From the NCBI RefSeq assembly GCF_018350175.1, contig NC_058373.1, forward strand, positions 113,586,001 to 113,650,000: a stretch of DNA of 64,000 nucleotides, written 5' to 3'. The translations under genes were made by a program, and so were the position numbers. How positions within the stretch are numbered: the first letter of the stretch is position 1; every line of letters begins with the position of its first letter. The stretch is from Felis catus (taxonomy: Eukaryota). Positions 25,071 through 37,858 of this stretch are shown here, piece after piece. Under the pieces are notes generated by a model. The model searched no databases, was not told the DNA's origin, and was given only the letters and a program-made list of their open reading frames with translations.

Positions 25071-27323
25071 AGAACCTTTTCAATTGTCTGTTTGGTCTAT
25101 CTTCTTATATGTTCCATGGGCTCTTCAAATTCATTATGTCTGAAACTGAACTTCAAAGGGCTCCATTGGTCATAATGAGAAAATTTGGGCCTCAAAAACA
25201 AACAAAAAGCCAGCAAACAAAAAACCAACCAAGCACACGGTTGAAACACATTTAATGTATACATATCATATATATCATTATAATAAAAAGAAAAATACCC
25301 AACATCTCACAGGAAACCGTTGAAGAACGTAGGGCACTAATTCCTTAGTGTGAAAATTGGCAATTTAAAGGGAAGAATTCAGCATTTACTCTATTTTCTG
25401 TATTAATTATACTTTTGGGAAATTAAAGAACCCTTTACAGAAGAATTCCAGCTACGAAATATGGAAGGAATGATAGAAATAGAAGATTATAATTTTGTAA
25501 CCTTTATGAAAAATTACGAGTTAGGCAGTAATCATCAATGGATGAGTGTTAAATGGAAGGTTAAATGTGGTTATGGATGTTTTGTTCCTTTACCTAACTT
25601 TGCATGCCCCTTTATCTAAATATGCACCTAAATAGTAGAAGGTCTTTTAATTTGAGTCTTCTTATGATTAGTTGTAAGATATGCTTTTTGTAGCAGGAAT
25701 ACCACAGAAGTGACTTGTGGCCTTTTCAGTGTATCATATCAGAAGACACATGATATTGATTTGTCCCATTACTGATGATATTAACTTTAATCACTTTGCT
25801 TAGAAAGTGTGTGTCAAGCTTTCCACTGTAAAATTTCTATTTTCCCCTTTGGAATTAATAAGTATCTTGTGAAGAGGTAGTTGAGAGTCAGGAATTTCCT
25901 GTTAGTCTTCAAACTTTCACTGTATTTTTAGCATTTATTGATGCTTCTTTCATGAATCAGTTATTACTACGATGGTTATCATCTGGTGATTTTGTAATGT
26001 GCCCAATGTGTTACAGGTAACAATGTGTTACCTGTATTTGTTTATTGGCTTTCTAGTATAAGTTTCCTTTTTCTCCATTTATTTATGTATTTATTTTTAT
26101 AAGTATGGACTCATGATGGTTTTTTAAAAATTCAATGGGCTGTAAATCATTACTGTCCTTTATTTTGATGCTGAAATTATCCCAGATTAGGTCAGTGGGA
26201 ATACCTTCAAGCTGGTTTCTATGTTCTTTTGACATATACTCATCATTCTTTAAACACTTTCTTACTTTCTAACATAAAACCATGTTTTATGCTCTTCTTG
26301 TGCTTTCCCAGCCCTACCTGTAGAAGTAGTCCTTATTCTTTTTAATGTAGTATTTAGAAACCAAAATCTGGGCATATGGTGTGCTCCCTGATTCTAGATC
26401 CTCATAGCAGACAGACCTAGGGGGAAAGCATGTGTGTGTGTGTGTGTATACATGCATATGTATCTCTTTCTACATTTATGTCTATATCTGTACCTGTTTC
26501 TGTCTATATGAAATTATGAATCCGTTCTGGTACTTCTAATTCTAACCCACCATCACAGGATTCATTCTCTTCTTCCACTTTTCTACATTTGTAACTCCCT
26601 TCTCTGATGTTCATAGTTCATGTCTCATTGTTCAAAGTACAGTATATTTACTTGTTTACTCAAACATAGAATACACAGAAAGTAGTTTTACAAATGCTAA
26701 CCTAAAGCTTTTGGGGGAAGCCTCCTACTATTTAGAATTTACAATTCATCTGAAGTTAAAAAAGTCTTTAGTCTGAGGGAATATAATTCAAATGCTGTGT
26801 TTAAAAGTTACTTTGGTTTCTTCTCTACCCCTCCCATCCCAGTGTGACTGTGTTATACATTTGGAATATAGTTTTGTTAGTATATCATTTTAGAATTTTA
26901 CTCACCCTGATTGATTTTATTTATGTATTTATATTTACCATAGTTCTAAAAGTTCGAAGTATACCAAAAGATACACTTAAAGAAAAGTCACTCCCATTCC
27001 CCATTCCTTCTCTCCTATTTCTAGCTGTTCATCATTCCATTGTGTCCTACCTATCTCCAATAGATAACCAATCTCATATGTTTCTAGTGTTTCTTTTGGT
27101 ACAAAAGCATATACATGCAGATGTTATTTCTTTATACACAAAGCAGCATGATATACTCTTTTTTCAAAAAGTTTTATTGAGATACGATTAACATGCAATA
27201 ATAGTTATCCTTTTCAACCACCACCACTTCTTATTCTAGAACATTTTCATCACCCCAAAAAGAAACTCCATACCCATTAGCAGTCATTCTCTCCTCCCCT
27301 CTCTTCCTAGTCTCTGGTAATTT

Positions 27324-27564
27324 TTTTTAATTTTATTTTAAAAAAAATTTTTTTTTCTCCAACGTTTTTATTTATTTTTGGGACAGAGAGAGACAGAGCA
27401 TGAATGGGGGAGGGGCAGAGAGAGAGGGAGACACAGAATCGGAAACAGGCTCCAGGCTCTGAGCCATCAGCCCAGAGCCTGACGCGGGGCTCGAACTCCC
27501 GGACCGCGAGATCGTGACCTGGCTGAAGTCGGACGCTTAACCGACTGCGCCACCCAGGCGCCCC
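27324..27564 (-). mobile_element. Very young SINEC_Fc-type CanSINE
   Basis: Nearly all CpGs intact (gacgcggggctcgaactcccggaccgcgagatcgtg). TSD tggtaattt. Confidence 0.97.
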
Positions 27565-28199
27565 AATGGTAATTTATTATCTGTCTATAACAAATTTGGG
27601 ATCGGTCTCTATGAATTTGCCTATCTGGATATTTTGTATAAATGGAATCATGCAATCTAACCTGAAAATAATTCTGTCAGTCCATAGACATCTTTCTCAT
27701 TCTTTTTTATAACTTTCTCTTGTGTGGATATGCTATAGTTTATTAGTTTATTCAACCACTTTCCTATATATGGACATTTAGGTTATTTTCTAGTATGTGG
27801 CAGAAATGCTGCAAACGAATGACCTTGTGCATATGCATGTCAGTATTGCTGCAAGTTTATCTTCACGGTAAATTTCTAGAAGTGGGATTGCTTAGTCAAA
27901 AGGTAAAGTCACATGTAGTTTGTTATTAATTGCCAAATTTTCCATAAGGGTTGTACTAATTTACATTCCTACCAGCCATGCATAAGAATGTCAAAATAGT
28001 GTGTTAATTAACAAGTATACTTGTTAATTTTGCCTAGCTGATGGCTAAGAAATGGTATCTGAGTTCATTTCTCTTATTATGAGTAAGATTGAACATCTCT
28101 TGTTATGTTTAAAGGCCATTTTTGTATCTTTTTGTGTAAATTGTTAATTTTTTAGTACATTTTTCTTTTAGGTTTATGGTTTTCTTTCCCTTAATTTTT

Positions 28200-28351
28200 T
28201 ATAAGTTTTTATTTAAATTCTAGTTAGTTAAGATATAGTGTAATGTTGGTTTTAGGAATAGAATTTAGTGATTCATCATACATATAATCCGTAGTGCTCA
28301 TCACAACATGTGCCCTTCTTAATACCCATCACCCATTTAACCCATCTCCTG
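28200..28351 (-). mobile_element. Carnivore L1 3' end fragment
   Basis: gaatttagtgattcatca...gtgctcatcacaacatgtgcccttcttaatacccatcacc. 17-bp TSD tctttccc(t/a)taattttt. Confidence 0.88.
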
Positions 28352-28479
28352 TCTTTCCCATAATTTTTAAGGATTTAAAAATTCATTAGTGATATTAGCC
28401 CTTTATGATGTATTTTATAAATATTTTCTCTGTTAGCTTTCTTTTGACCTTTGTACATTTTTTTTTTTGCCATACATAT

Positions 28480-28686
28480 ATTTTTTTTTTTTTTTTTAAT
28501 TTTAGAGGGAGAGAGGATGCGAATCAGGGAGAGAGGCAGAGGGAGAGAATGAGAGAGAAAGGATCTCAGGCAGGCTCCATGATCAGTACGGAGCTTGATA
28601 CGCGGCTCAATCCCATGATCTTGGGATCATGACCTGAGCTAAATCAAGAGTTGGACGCTCAACCAACTGAGCCACCCAGACGCCCC
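28480..28686 (-). mobile_element. CanSINE (older subfamily)
   Basis: Body ending gagccacccagacgcccc. TSD ccatacata. Confidence 0.9.
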
Positions 28687-28823
28687 ACCATACATAAATT
28701 TTTTAGTAGTCGAATGCATCCATATTTTCTTCTAAGTATATCTGGGTTTTGAGTCATAGAAAGCCTTTCCTAATACTGAAGTTAAAGGGGAAGCCACCCA
28801 TGTTTTCTTCAAGTATGCACATA

Positions 28824-29426
28824 TAGTTCATCTTTATTGTTTGTAGATTCCGTATTTGTGAGTTTGCCACCTCACTAAAGTTTATTTGTAACTCCCAAAT
28901 TAATACTCTTGGTGTTTTTGTAGTCAGGTGCAGATATATGCAGAGTGGAGAAAAATTTGAATCATCCATTGCCCACAGTTACACCTGAGGTTGAAAATGT
29001 GATGCTCAGCCTTCTCTCAGCTCTCATATTGTAAACAAGTGTTGTTTTCATATTTTTGTGCTTTTTGTTGGTGATTTTGCTGTTTAAAATGGCCTCTTTG
29101 CAGTGCTCTCCAGCGTTCCTAAGTACAAGCAGGTTGTTATGGGCCTCATCAAGTATTATAATAGATAAGCTTATTTTAGGCATGAGTTACATAGTTTTGC
29201 TGACAGTTCAGTGCTAATCAATCAACAGCATATATTAAATATGATGTCTTTAAACAGAAGCACACATAAAGCAAGGTATGTATAGGTTGGTTGATGAAAA
29301 TATTATGACCAGAGGCTTGGGGAACCTAATTCTGTATTTTCCCTAGGAAAAGGATTCAGTATTTGCTAATTCAGTGTTTGTGGAGACTTTGTAGAACATA
29401 ACTGATGTGAATAATAAAATTGACTC
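28824..29426 (+). mobile_element. MER82-like Tigger (Tc1/mariner) MITE
   Basis: gattccgtatttgtgagtttgccacctcactaaagtttatttgtaactccc...tgcagagtggagaaaaatttga. Flanked by TA, with a terminal aattgactc. Confidence 0.85.
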
Positions 29427-30600
29427 TAGTTTTATATTTTACCTTTCAATCTCTGATCCTTTTGGGGTTTATTTGTGTGAATGATTTGATGTATGGATCT
29501 AGTTTTATGTTTTTCCAAATGACTAAACAGTTGTCCCATCACTGTTTATTTATTTATTTTAAAAATCCATCTTTGTTCCACTGAGATGCCACCAACTTGA
29601 GATTACTGAGTTTTATATGCATTTCGGTCTGGCTTTGGACTCTATTCTACTTCATGGTCTGTCTATTCATGTACTAATACTACATGTTTTAATTATAGAG
29701 GTTTTATATTATATTCTAATGTTTGGTAGGGTGGTTGCCTTTCATAGTTTTTCTCTTTCTGCGTTTTCCTGGCTATTTTTGCCTGTTTATTTTTCCATTT
29801 GAATTTTAGTCTCAGGTTGTCCAGCTCCCCTACAAAAGGTTATTGGTGTTTTTATTAGAATTGCATTAAATTTATAAGGTAATTCAAGGTGAACTGATAA
29901 TTTTATGATGTTGAATCATCCTAGCCAAGAATACCAGATATCTTTTTATCTGTTCACATCTACTTTTGTATCTTTCAAGAGTGTCTTAAAGTTTCTCTCA
30001 TATAGGTTTCACACATTTCTTGTTAATTTATCCATAAGAATACTTTCTTATTTGTTGTTATATTTAGTAGAATTTGTTCTTCCACTTTATCCTTTAGCTG
30101 TTCAATATGCTTATACATGAAGGCTATTGTTGAATTCTTTTATTGTTTTCAGTTAGTTTATATTATTGATTCTCGAGGGTTTTCGATGTAACCCTATTAC
30201 ATTATCTGAAAATAAAGGTTATTTTACTTTTTTCCCCCCAATTTATAAGCCTCTTGCCTATTTCACTGGCTAATACTTTCAGTTCAGTGTTGAACAGTAG
30301 TGGAGATAGTGAGCATCCTTACCCTCCATCTGATTTTAGTGGATATGTCCTAGCATTTCATTGTTAAGTAAGGTGTTGGCTTTAGGACTATAGTATATAT
30401 TATTTACATAAAATTAGTGGATGATGCTTTAATTTTAATATAGTAAGACTGTGAGAGTAATTTCTCATGGTGCTGGCAAGATCTTGGTGTCTGAATAGAG
30501 AAAGGAAATGAAGTTGAAAGGGACAGAGGTAGGAAGCAAGTAAGAAAGGAAAAGGCTTTAGAATAATCAGAAAAACTGCTCATTGGGGAAGAGGATGCAG

Positions 30601-30810
30601 TTTTTTTAAATGTTTATTTATTTATTTTGAGAGAGAGCCAGTGCATGGAAGCGAGCAGGGGAGGGGTAGAGAGAGGGAGAGAGAGAATCCCAAACAGGCT
30701 CCACACTGACAGCACAGAGCCCGATGCAGGGCTAGATCTCACAAGTTTTGAGATCATGATCTCAGCTGAAATCAAGAGTTGGACGCTTAACTGAGTCCCC
30801 CAGGCACCCC
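30601..30810 (-). mobile_element. CanSINE
   Basis: Typical body. TSD aagaggatgc. Confidence 0.93.
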
Positions 30811-31138
30811 AAGAGGATGCTATTCTTAATGATACCATATTTCATTATTCATTTGGTTAGTCAAAGACTCAATATCTGTTTGCAGAATAAGCAGTAGAAA
30901 TAATTCTAGAAATACTGTATCCACTCTGCCTCTACTATCTTTCTGGCTTTTGCTAGCAGCCTGAGTAAATAAAATAGTTACTTACATTATTCTAATAACC
31001 CTGAGAATTGATCTTTGTCTCATTTCTGCAATTCTAGTTTTTCCAGAAATCAAGTATGATTTTCAGTGCTTACTGCAGCAGTAGTATGTTTATCAAACGC
31101 CTCCTATTAGAATGCCTTCTATTAAAATATGTATATAT

Positions 31139-31140
<2 letters not shown>

Positions 31141-31175
<35 letters not shown>
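31141..31175. repeat. (CA)n microsatellite
   Basis: AC run of about 17 units. Confidence 0.97.
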
Positions 31176-31176
<1 letters not shown>

Positions 31177-32773
31177 TTTTCCCATTTCCTAGTCTGGGTG
31201 TAGTATAGCTTCAAGTGAAATTTAATCCAGAGAAATCAAATAATTTCATCAGGACTTAGTTTTCTTTCTCTTGATCTTTTGTTTCTACTTTCTTCAGTAT
31301 TAACCTCATTCTTAGGGTCTGCTTTTGGCAAAACAGCTTTAGACCTATGTTGTCTCCTCTTTGTAGCTCCTATACAAGTTCTTGGGGTTTGTTTTGATCA
31401 GACTAGCTTGGTTGTATGCCTGCTGTGGCTGGGAGGATCTGGTGCCCCTGCTGGACCTGGGTGGCACACTCCACCCCTACTCTTGGGGATATAGCCCCTC
31501 CCACAACACATGGTCTGAGAATCTGGGGTTTTCCAGAAGAAATAGGGTATATTTATTAGAAGTGGGGATCAGATGCTAGTCAAGCAAAAGCTGCAACTGT
31601 CTGTTGCAATACCTGAGTCAGGTTTACTGGATAGATTTGAGTTTAATAGTGAATGGAAAAATTGTGGTACTTTAGAGAAAGGAAAGGACCTGAATGAATT
31701 TTTTAGGAATAGACTCCTTACTACTTGCTGTCTCTCCTACTTTAGCAATAGCGTACTATTTTTTCCAGAACTGTTTCCTTTAGTTTTATTGGCTTCTATC
31801 ATCCTTGCTGGAGGGAAATGACATCAGGCAAATAGTGTGAAGGAAAATAAGCATAAGGGTCTTATTTTCCTTCACTTTAGGTCCTGCCTACCAGACTACT
31901 GCCAAAGACACATAAAAGCCTTACCCCAACTTTCCTCTTGACTTTAGGGGGTGGAATGTGTCATTCTTACATAACACATAGAATATTTATCAAATTATAT
32001 ACTTCTACCACAGGAGTTTGATTCTCTTTGTTAGTATTGTCTAAAGTTACAACATGTAAATTCTCTATCCTTACTTTCTAAGCTTGCCAATGCAAAAAAA
32101 GTAATATTTCCTTTTGGAGCCTGAAGCTTTTTTCCTTCTTAGTTCTTACTTAAGGAGAATATGTAATTTAGAGATTTGAATAGGAATAGAGAAAGTAGCC
32201 AAAACCTTTTCAATAGTCCAGTTAAAATACATAATAGCATGTGTTTAAAGTAAATCTTTGGAAGAAAGATTGGAAAATCCTGGAAAAAGTAAATATACTG
32301 TGTACCTCAAAGGCATGCCTTGCTAAGTAGAAGTGGGAGGAAGCAGTACATATCCTACCAGGGGGTCAGAGATTCTTACTTAGAAGTTTCTCTGGCAACC
32401 TTGTTCCCATCTAGGTAGTGGAGGAGCTCAAAGAAGTTTCCAGTCTTCCTTCATCTGCTGGCTTTTGTGTTGAGTTAAATGCCATCACATTCTACAGCCT
32501 GACACATTTGCATAAACATTTTCCCTCTGAATTTATACAAAGGAATGTATTTTTCCCTTTGTTAGAAATATAAGAAAAAACGCCTTCAGACTTGGAAGTC
32601 TATGGAGGATTTACCTCATTTTAATCACAGATATATCAAGGAACATTCTAAATTAAACATGTAGACTTTGGTAGCAGGCCAGCATGGGTTCTAACCAGGT
32701 TTTTCATGTTTTGGATGTGTCTCCTTGACAAGTTAATCTCTGTAGGCCTCACTACTCTCATATATATAAAAGT

Positions 32774-33420
32774 TATTCATTCAACAAATATTTATTATTA
32801 GTCATTCTTCAATGTGTTAGGGATACATCAGTGAACAAAACAATGAAGATCCCTTCTTTTGTGCAGCCTGCATTCTAGTGGGGGAAGAAGCAATAATCAG
32901 AAACTGTATGCTAAAGATACTAACTGCTGTAAGAAAAGAACAAGTAGAGCAGGGTCAGGGAGAAATGAATTAAGGAAGAGAGCAGGTGCAGAATTAGGGG
33001 TTGTTAGGGTTGGCATCATTGAGAAGGTGACATTTGAGCAAAGACTTGAATGAGGCTTGAAAAGGCTCCCTCTGGTTGCTGTCTTGAGAACAGACTGTAG
33101 GGGGCTAAGGATAAAGGCAGAGAAAATTGTTCCGAGGCTTTCATAGTAACCTAGGTGAGAGATGATGGTGACTTAATCAGTGGAGTAGCACTGAAGATGA
33201 TGAGTGGTTGAATTCTGTATAGATTTTGGAGGTTCAGCCAACAAGATTTTCTGATGGGTTGGGATATGTTGTTTGAAACAAAGAGAGGAGCCTAGACTTT
33301 TGGTCTGAGGAACTGGATGTTTAGAATTGCTATCAACTGACAAGAGGAAGACGGGTAGAGCGTGTTTTAGGGGGAAGATCAGGAGTGCAGTCCTGTATAA
33401 ATTGAATTTGAGATATTTAA
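32774..33420 (-). mobile_element. L2 (L2a-like) 3' fragment
   Basis: ttattcattcaacaaatattta end, plus gagaaggtgacatttgagcaaagacttgaa and ctaggtgagagatgatggtgactt. Confidence 0.85.
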
Positions 33421-33489
33421 ATATGGTGAATAGAAACCATTTAGTATAGTACCTGACATAATTATCTCTGTGAGGTAGAGAATATATTC

Positions 33490-34430
33490 TTACATGAAAC
33501 AAGAATAACAGGTTGCAAAAGGGATATTCAGAGAAAAGGAGCTCATAGAATATAACAGAAGAACTTAAAAAAATAATAAATCAGGAGATTGAGGAAATCT
33601 CCTAGAAAATAAAAGTCAAAGAGATGCACAAATATTAGACAAATGTTAAAAATACAGCAAATTCATGTAGGAGGTCTAACTTTTTTTAGTAGGACATTCA
33701 AAGAGAGAGGCCAAAGCAAATGGAAGGAAAGAAATTATCAGTGAAATGATAGAAGAAAATTTTCCAGAACTGAAGGTCATAAATTTGTGGATTGAAAGTG
33801 CTCAACACTATGAATGGGGAAAAAAAGATACTACCTGGACATTTCAGAGCACCAGAGAGTAAAAACAAGTCACAAAGAAAGGAACAGGGAGTCTTTTCAA
33901 AAGTAATACTGGAAGCTAATAAACACTGGAGTAGTGCCTTCAAAGTTCTGAGGGAAAATCATCACAAACATCTATTTCTTTATCTATACAGTTGGTTATG
34001 AGGATGGAAGGCAGCTATGCTCACCACTGTACCACTAACACACACTGATTACGAGGGTAGAATAAAGTTATCTTCCAACATGCAAGGTCTCAAAAAATGT
34101 ATCTCCTATACATCCTTTCTCAGGAAGCAACTGAATGATTGACAAGAGAGGTAAGACTTGAAAGAGACGTGAAAGAAAAAAGAAGACATGAAATCCAAGC
34201 AAAGCAGGGATATAGTATTGGAGAGAGATAAACGAAATCCTAGGATGATGGTAAAAGAATGTTCAGGATGTCAGCTGACAGCGGGTTTAGAGATGACCAG
34301 TACAGATTGGAGCAGGGGGAGATAAGATCCAGGGAAGAGGGCACTAAGAAACAAATTGAACTGATACATGACATGTTTGACCATTCGGAAAGAGTTTCAT
34401 AGTTCTTTCAGAGATTTAGGGACTAAGACT
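33490..34430 (+). mobile_element. Old L1M/HAL1 ORF1-region fossil
   Basis: Translated remnants KEIISEMIEENFPELK and WSSAFKVLREN are typical of L1 ORF1p. Confidence 0.75.
34005..34041 (-). pseudogene. tRNA-Gly(TCC) 5'-half retropseudogene (tailless)
   Basis: Minus strand GTGTTAGTGGTACAGTGGTGAGCATAGCTGCCTTCCA vs recalled tRNA-Gly-TCC GCGTTGGTGGTATAGTGGTGAGCATAGCTGCCTTCCA (34/37). Flanked by diverged direct repeats. Confidence 0.88.
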
Positions 34431-34891
34431 CTTCTAAACTTAAAGGAACTTACACTGTAGTAAGGGGTACACACAAGTAAATAGGTTTGTAAAGTTTATT
34501 ACTCTCTTCCTAGACCGCTCATAGTTAGAATAGAGGCTTAGAAGTCTAATATTTAACTCCTTAAACATCTGTAATTGAACTGGCAAACCAACAGCTTGGT
34601 ACTGACTTTTGGGTTGGCCTAAGAATAGTCCCTGCAACACTAGAAAAGAAAGCTTAATTTGTTTTATCTTTTTCTTTTTCAGAGGATGGACAGGGGAAAA
34701 CCGTTGTTTATTTTTAGTTGAAAGAACTTAAAATTTATGTATACATTTATCAGCACTTAACTGTTTTTATTTTTTCTATGTATGGCACTATCATATTTAT
34801 AAGAATATCTTGTTTTTAACATGGCTGTGTAGTAGTGTGAAGGAAAAAACTTTCAGTTGTTAATTTTAGGTATAAAAAGCAACCACAAAAA

Positions 34892-35117
34892 TTTTTTTTT
34901 AATGTTTACTTATTTTTGAGGGGGGGGGGAGGGAGGAAGAGAAAGAGAGAGCATGAGTGGGGGAGGGGCAGAGAGAGAGGGAGACACAGAATCCGAAGCA
35001 GGCTCCAGGCTCTAAACTGTCAGCACAGAGCCTGACGTGGGGCTCGAACCCACGAATTGAGAGATCATGACCTGAGCTGAAGTTGGACGCTTAACTGACT
35101 GAGCCACCCAGAGGCCC
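34892..35117 (-). mobile_element. CanSINE (Fc2-like)
   Basis: Typical body and T-rich tail. Confidence 0.94.
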
Positions 35118-35599
35118 TGGAGCCAAATGTTTTATATAATCATTTCTTTTACATTTCTCAGATGACATATGTTCTCCCAATAATCTTTTCTTTTTCTTAT
35201 GGAATTCTTTGCTATGAAGTTATTTTGCAGTTGGAGATTGATTAAAAGCAAATTCAAATTTTACTATTTGAAGAATGTGGCCTAATTAACTATAAACCTA
35301 TTTGATATAAACTTTGCATTTTTTCTTTTATATACTTTGACTGTAACATAAAATATGGCAGTTTTGTGTCCGTTTGATTCTCTCTCATATAAATATGGAG
35401 CCATGTTTATATCTCATCTGCTTTCTCATTTGGTCTGTTAATAGATAAATAGAGTGGGTACATAAAGGAAAAACTGCAAGGAGAGAAAAAGATAATCTAA
35501 ATGAGGATTATTACTTTGAAGTTTTACTATTGTGTAAGATTTTATGGTAGTTGAGTTCCTATAATATATGGTCATCTAGGGGTCTGGGCACATTAGTTA

Positions 35600-35980
35600 A
35601 TCCACTCGACAAACATTGATAGGGCACCTGCCATATGTTAGGCTCTGTGCTATGTCCTGGGAATACAGGACAAGTTAGGGTGTCACTCTTGCCCTCTAAT
35701 AATTCTTAGTCTCAAAGAAAGAAGTTTGACATATAAACAAGTAAATGTGATAAAATAGAAGGTTAAAAGTGCTCTACATGATATTTAGCCACATACATAA
35801 AGAGAAAAGGTCATCTTAAGAAAAGTAGGTATTAAGAGGAACAGAGGTGGAGATGTAGTACTACTTGCGGAAATAGCAACATTTCTGTTTGTAGTGTAGA
35901 GTAAGATGAAAGACTGGGAAAGCATGAGAGCCCTTTCATAAAGCAGGTGTGCAATGCTCAGGAGTTTAATTGGTTCCTCC
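35600..35980 (-). mobile_element. L2 fragment
   Basis: caaacattgatagggcacctgccatatgttaggctctgtgcta...ctcttgccctct. Confidence 0.65.
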
Positions 35981-35984
35981 TAGA

Positions 35985-36145
35985 ACAGTGTTTCTCAAAT
36001 TTGTGTGATCATAAGTATCACACAAGGGTTAAGTATCAAACAAACAAAAAATAAATTTGTAAACTTCACCCCAGGCCTGGAAAATCTGAATCCTCAGAGG
36101 GGGGCTGGGAATCTGTGTTTTTAACAAGTGCTCTGGTAGTTCATT
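35985..36145. mobile_element. MER5-type hAT MITE
   Basis: cagtgtttctcaaattt...ctgggaatctgtgtttttaacaagtgctc. Confidence 0.7.
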
Positions 36146-37685
36146 ACGGTAACCGATTTATTGAGCAAGTTCAATTTATTAGGATATAAGTATTGTTTTC
36201 CAAATTTTCTGTGTGAGACTTCAAGCAAGAACTTGAAGACTTCAAGCAAAAACTTTCATGTGTTTGTATATGTGTGTTTGTATAGGAGTATGTATATAAA
36301 TATATATATATATATAAATATGCATGTTGTTATTAAAATAGTCTACACCAGCATAAAACTTTGGGAAGTATATCCTCCCAGTGCAGGCTAGAGCTGTGAC
36401 TCAGGCTGCTTGTGGTCTAGCTCAGAGGTAGTGCGTTCATTCTCCTTTTCAAAATCCAGGCCTTCCATGTTGGCAAGAGAGTACGGAATAGGGGAGAAGG
36501 GGTCTTCAGAGTGGTTAGTAGAGAGCAGTGTTCTAAATCTAGTTCTGCCAGATAGTGGTGGCCTCCACCAATGTGGTGATCTTAGCATAGATGATTGTTT
36601 CTTTAAGTAGTGGCCAAGTTCATCTGGATCCCTTCTGTCAATGAGAAGTGTAATCATGGCTTCTCCCACTGGTCCCTGGTGGTGGTCCATTCTTCACAGG
36701 GTGGATGTACCCCCGGGCTCCTTCTTTCCCCATCTTTCTTTTACGTCATGCTTCTGCACTTGGGAACATTGGAATTGATAAAGTCCTCTTATGTGCCTGC
36801 TGAGGGCCCCAGTCCTTTTCTTAGAAGGTAAGCCAAATACTCTACCATTCTGTTTTGGGGTTTTGGCTTTGGGCATGGACTAATCTAGCTAGCCCTCTTG
36901 TTTCAGAAACTTCAGATGGTTAACTACATGTATCTCTATGTGTAGGTGCATATAGGTCCCGCAGCTCAGAAGCAGCCGACCTGGGACCATGCTGACAGTT
37001 TCTCCTTCTTGCAGACATCTTCATCTCCCAACCTCTATCACCATTCTCTCGAAGTACCCACTTTTTAGTGATACCCCTATGAGGTCAAACTGCCAGGCTC
37101 TCCTTTGCTTTGCCTTAGTTCTGCCCTGGGAAGGTTGATTGGATGCACCAGCCAGTTTTGTTACTTCTTAGCAAACCCCAGGGGGAGCTAAATGGACATA
37201 ATTTTTAGTGCTTTCCCTCAGATTGGGCATTTACTGCCTCTGGCTCTCACCTGTGGGCCTTTGTCACTGATTCTGGGACACTAGGACAATGTCACTTAAT
37301 ATCTTGTAAATTATGATCAGGTAAGTTTAGGAAACATTATCACAAGTAGAGGAAAATATCAGATTTGTATTTTATAGTTTTTAAAGTATAATTTAAATAA
37401 AATATCTCAATAGATTGTATCTTTGCTAATTCTTCCAGAATTAAAGTAACATAATTTGTTTGCTTTAGGGAAAGAAAAAAAGTAAATATATGTATGACTA
37501 TGAATCTTTGTAGACTATCAACATCGGTAGTTCCTGACAACTTGGTTGTAGATATGAAAAGACAATTCAGTGTATCTGATAACTGCCAGAAGACTAACAG
37601 AAGAACTGGAATTCGCTGATGTTTCTTGGTTAACTTCAGGTTTTCCAGTTTTATTATCTGATACCTTCTAGATAAAAGGAGCTTA

Positions 37686-37776
37686 ATTGAAGAGGGCATC
37701 TTTTGGGATGAGCACTGGGTGTTGTATGAAAACTAATTTGACAATAAATTTCATATAATAAAACAAATAATGATCA

Positions 37777-37827
<51 letters not shown>
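37686..37827 (+). mobile_element. Short L1_Fc-type 3' end with (TAAA)n tail
   Basis: attgaagagggcatcttttgggatgagcactgggtgttgtatg...gacaataaatttcat. TSD ataaaag(g)agctta. Confidence 0.92.
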
Positions 37828-37831
<4 letters not shown>

Positions 37832-37839
37832 AAGAGCTT

Positions 37840-37858
37840 AGACCACTAGGTGGAGCTT
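37840..37858 (+). promoter_or_regulatory. Candidate CTCF motif
   Basis: AGACCACTAGGTGGAGCTT vs the CTCF core CCASYAGRKGGCRS (one mismatch). Confidence 0.45.

Larger units (their letters stand above)
25570..30400 (-). mobile_element. Degraded old L1M (L1MC/L1ME-like) hosting several younger insertions
   Basis: Scattered L1M antisense motifs: ttgtcccattactgatgatattaactttaatcac, tttctagaagtgggattgct, ttttccaaatgactaaacagttgtccca, ttgcattaaatttata, gatagtgagcatcctt. Confidence 0.7.

Noticed and set aside
36388..36876. Cluster of ORFs on both strands in a GC-richer stretch
   Set aside because: No recognisable protein or exon structure. Probably an old LTR-type repeat that I cannot name.
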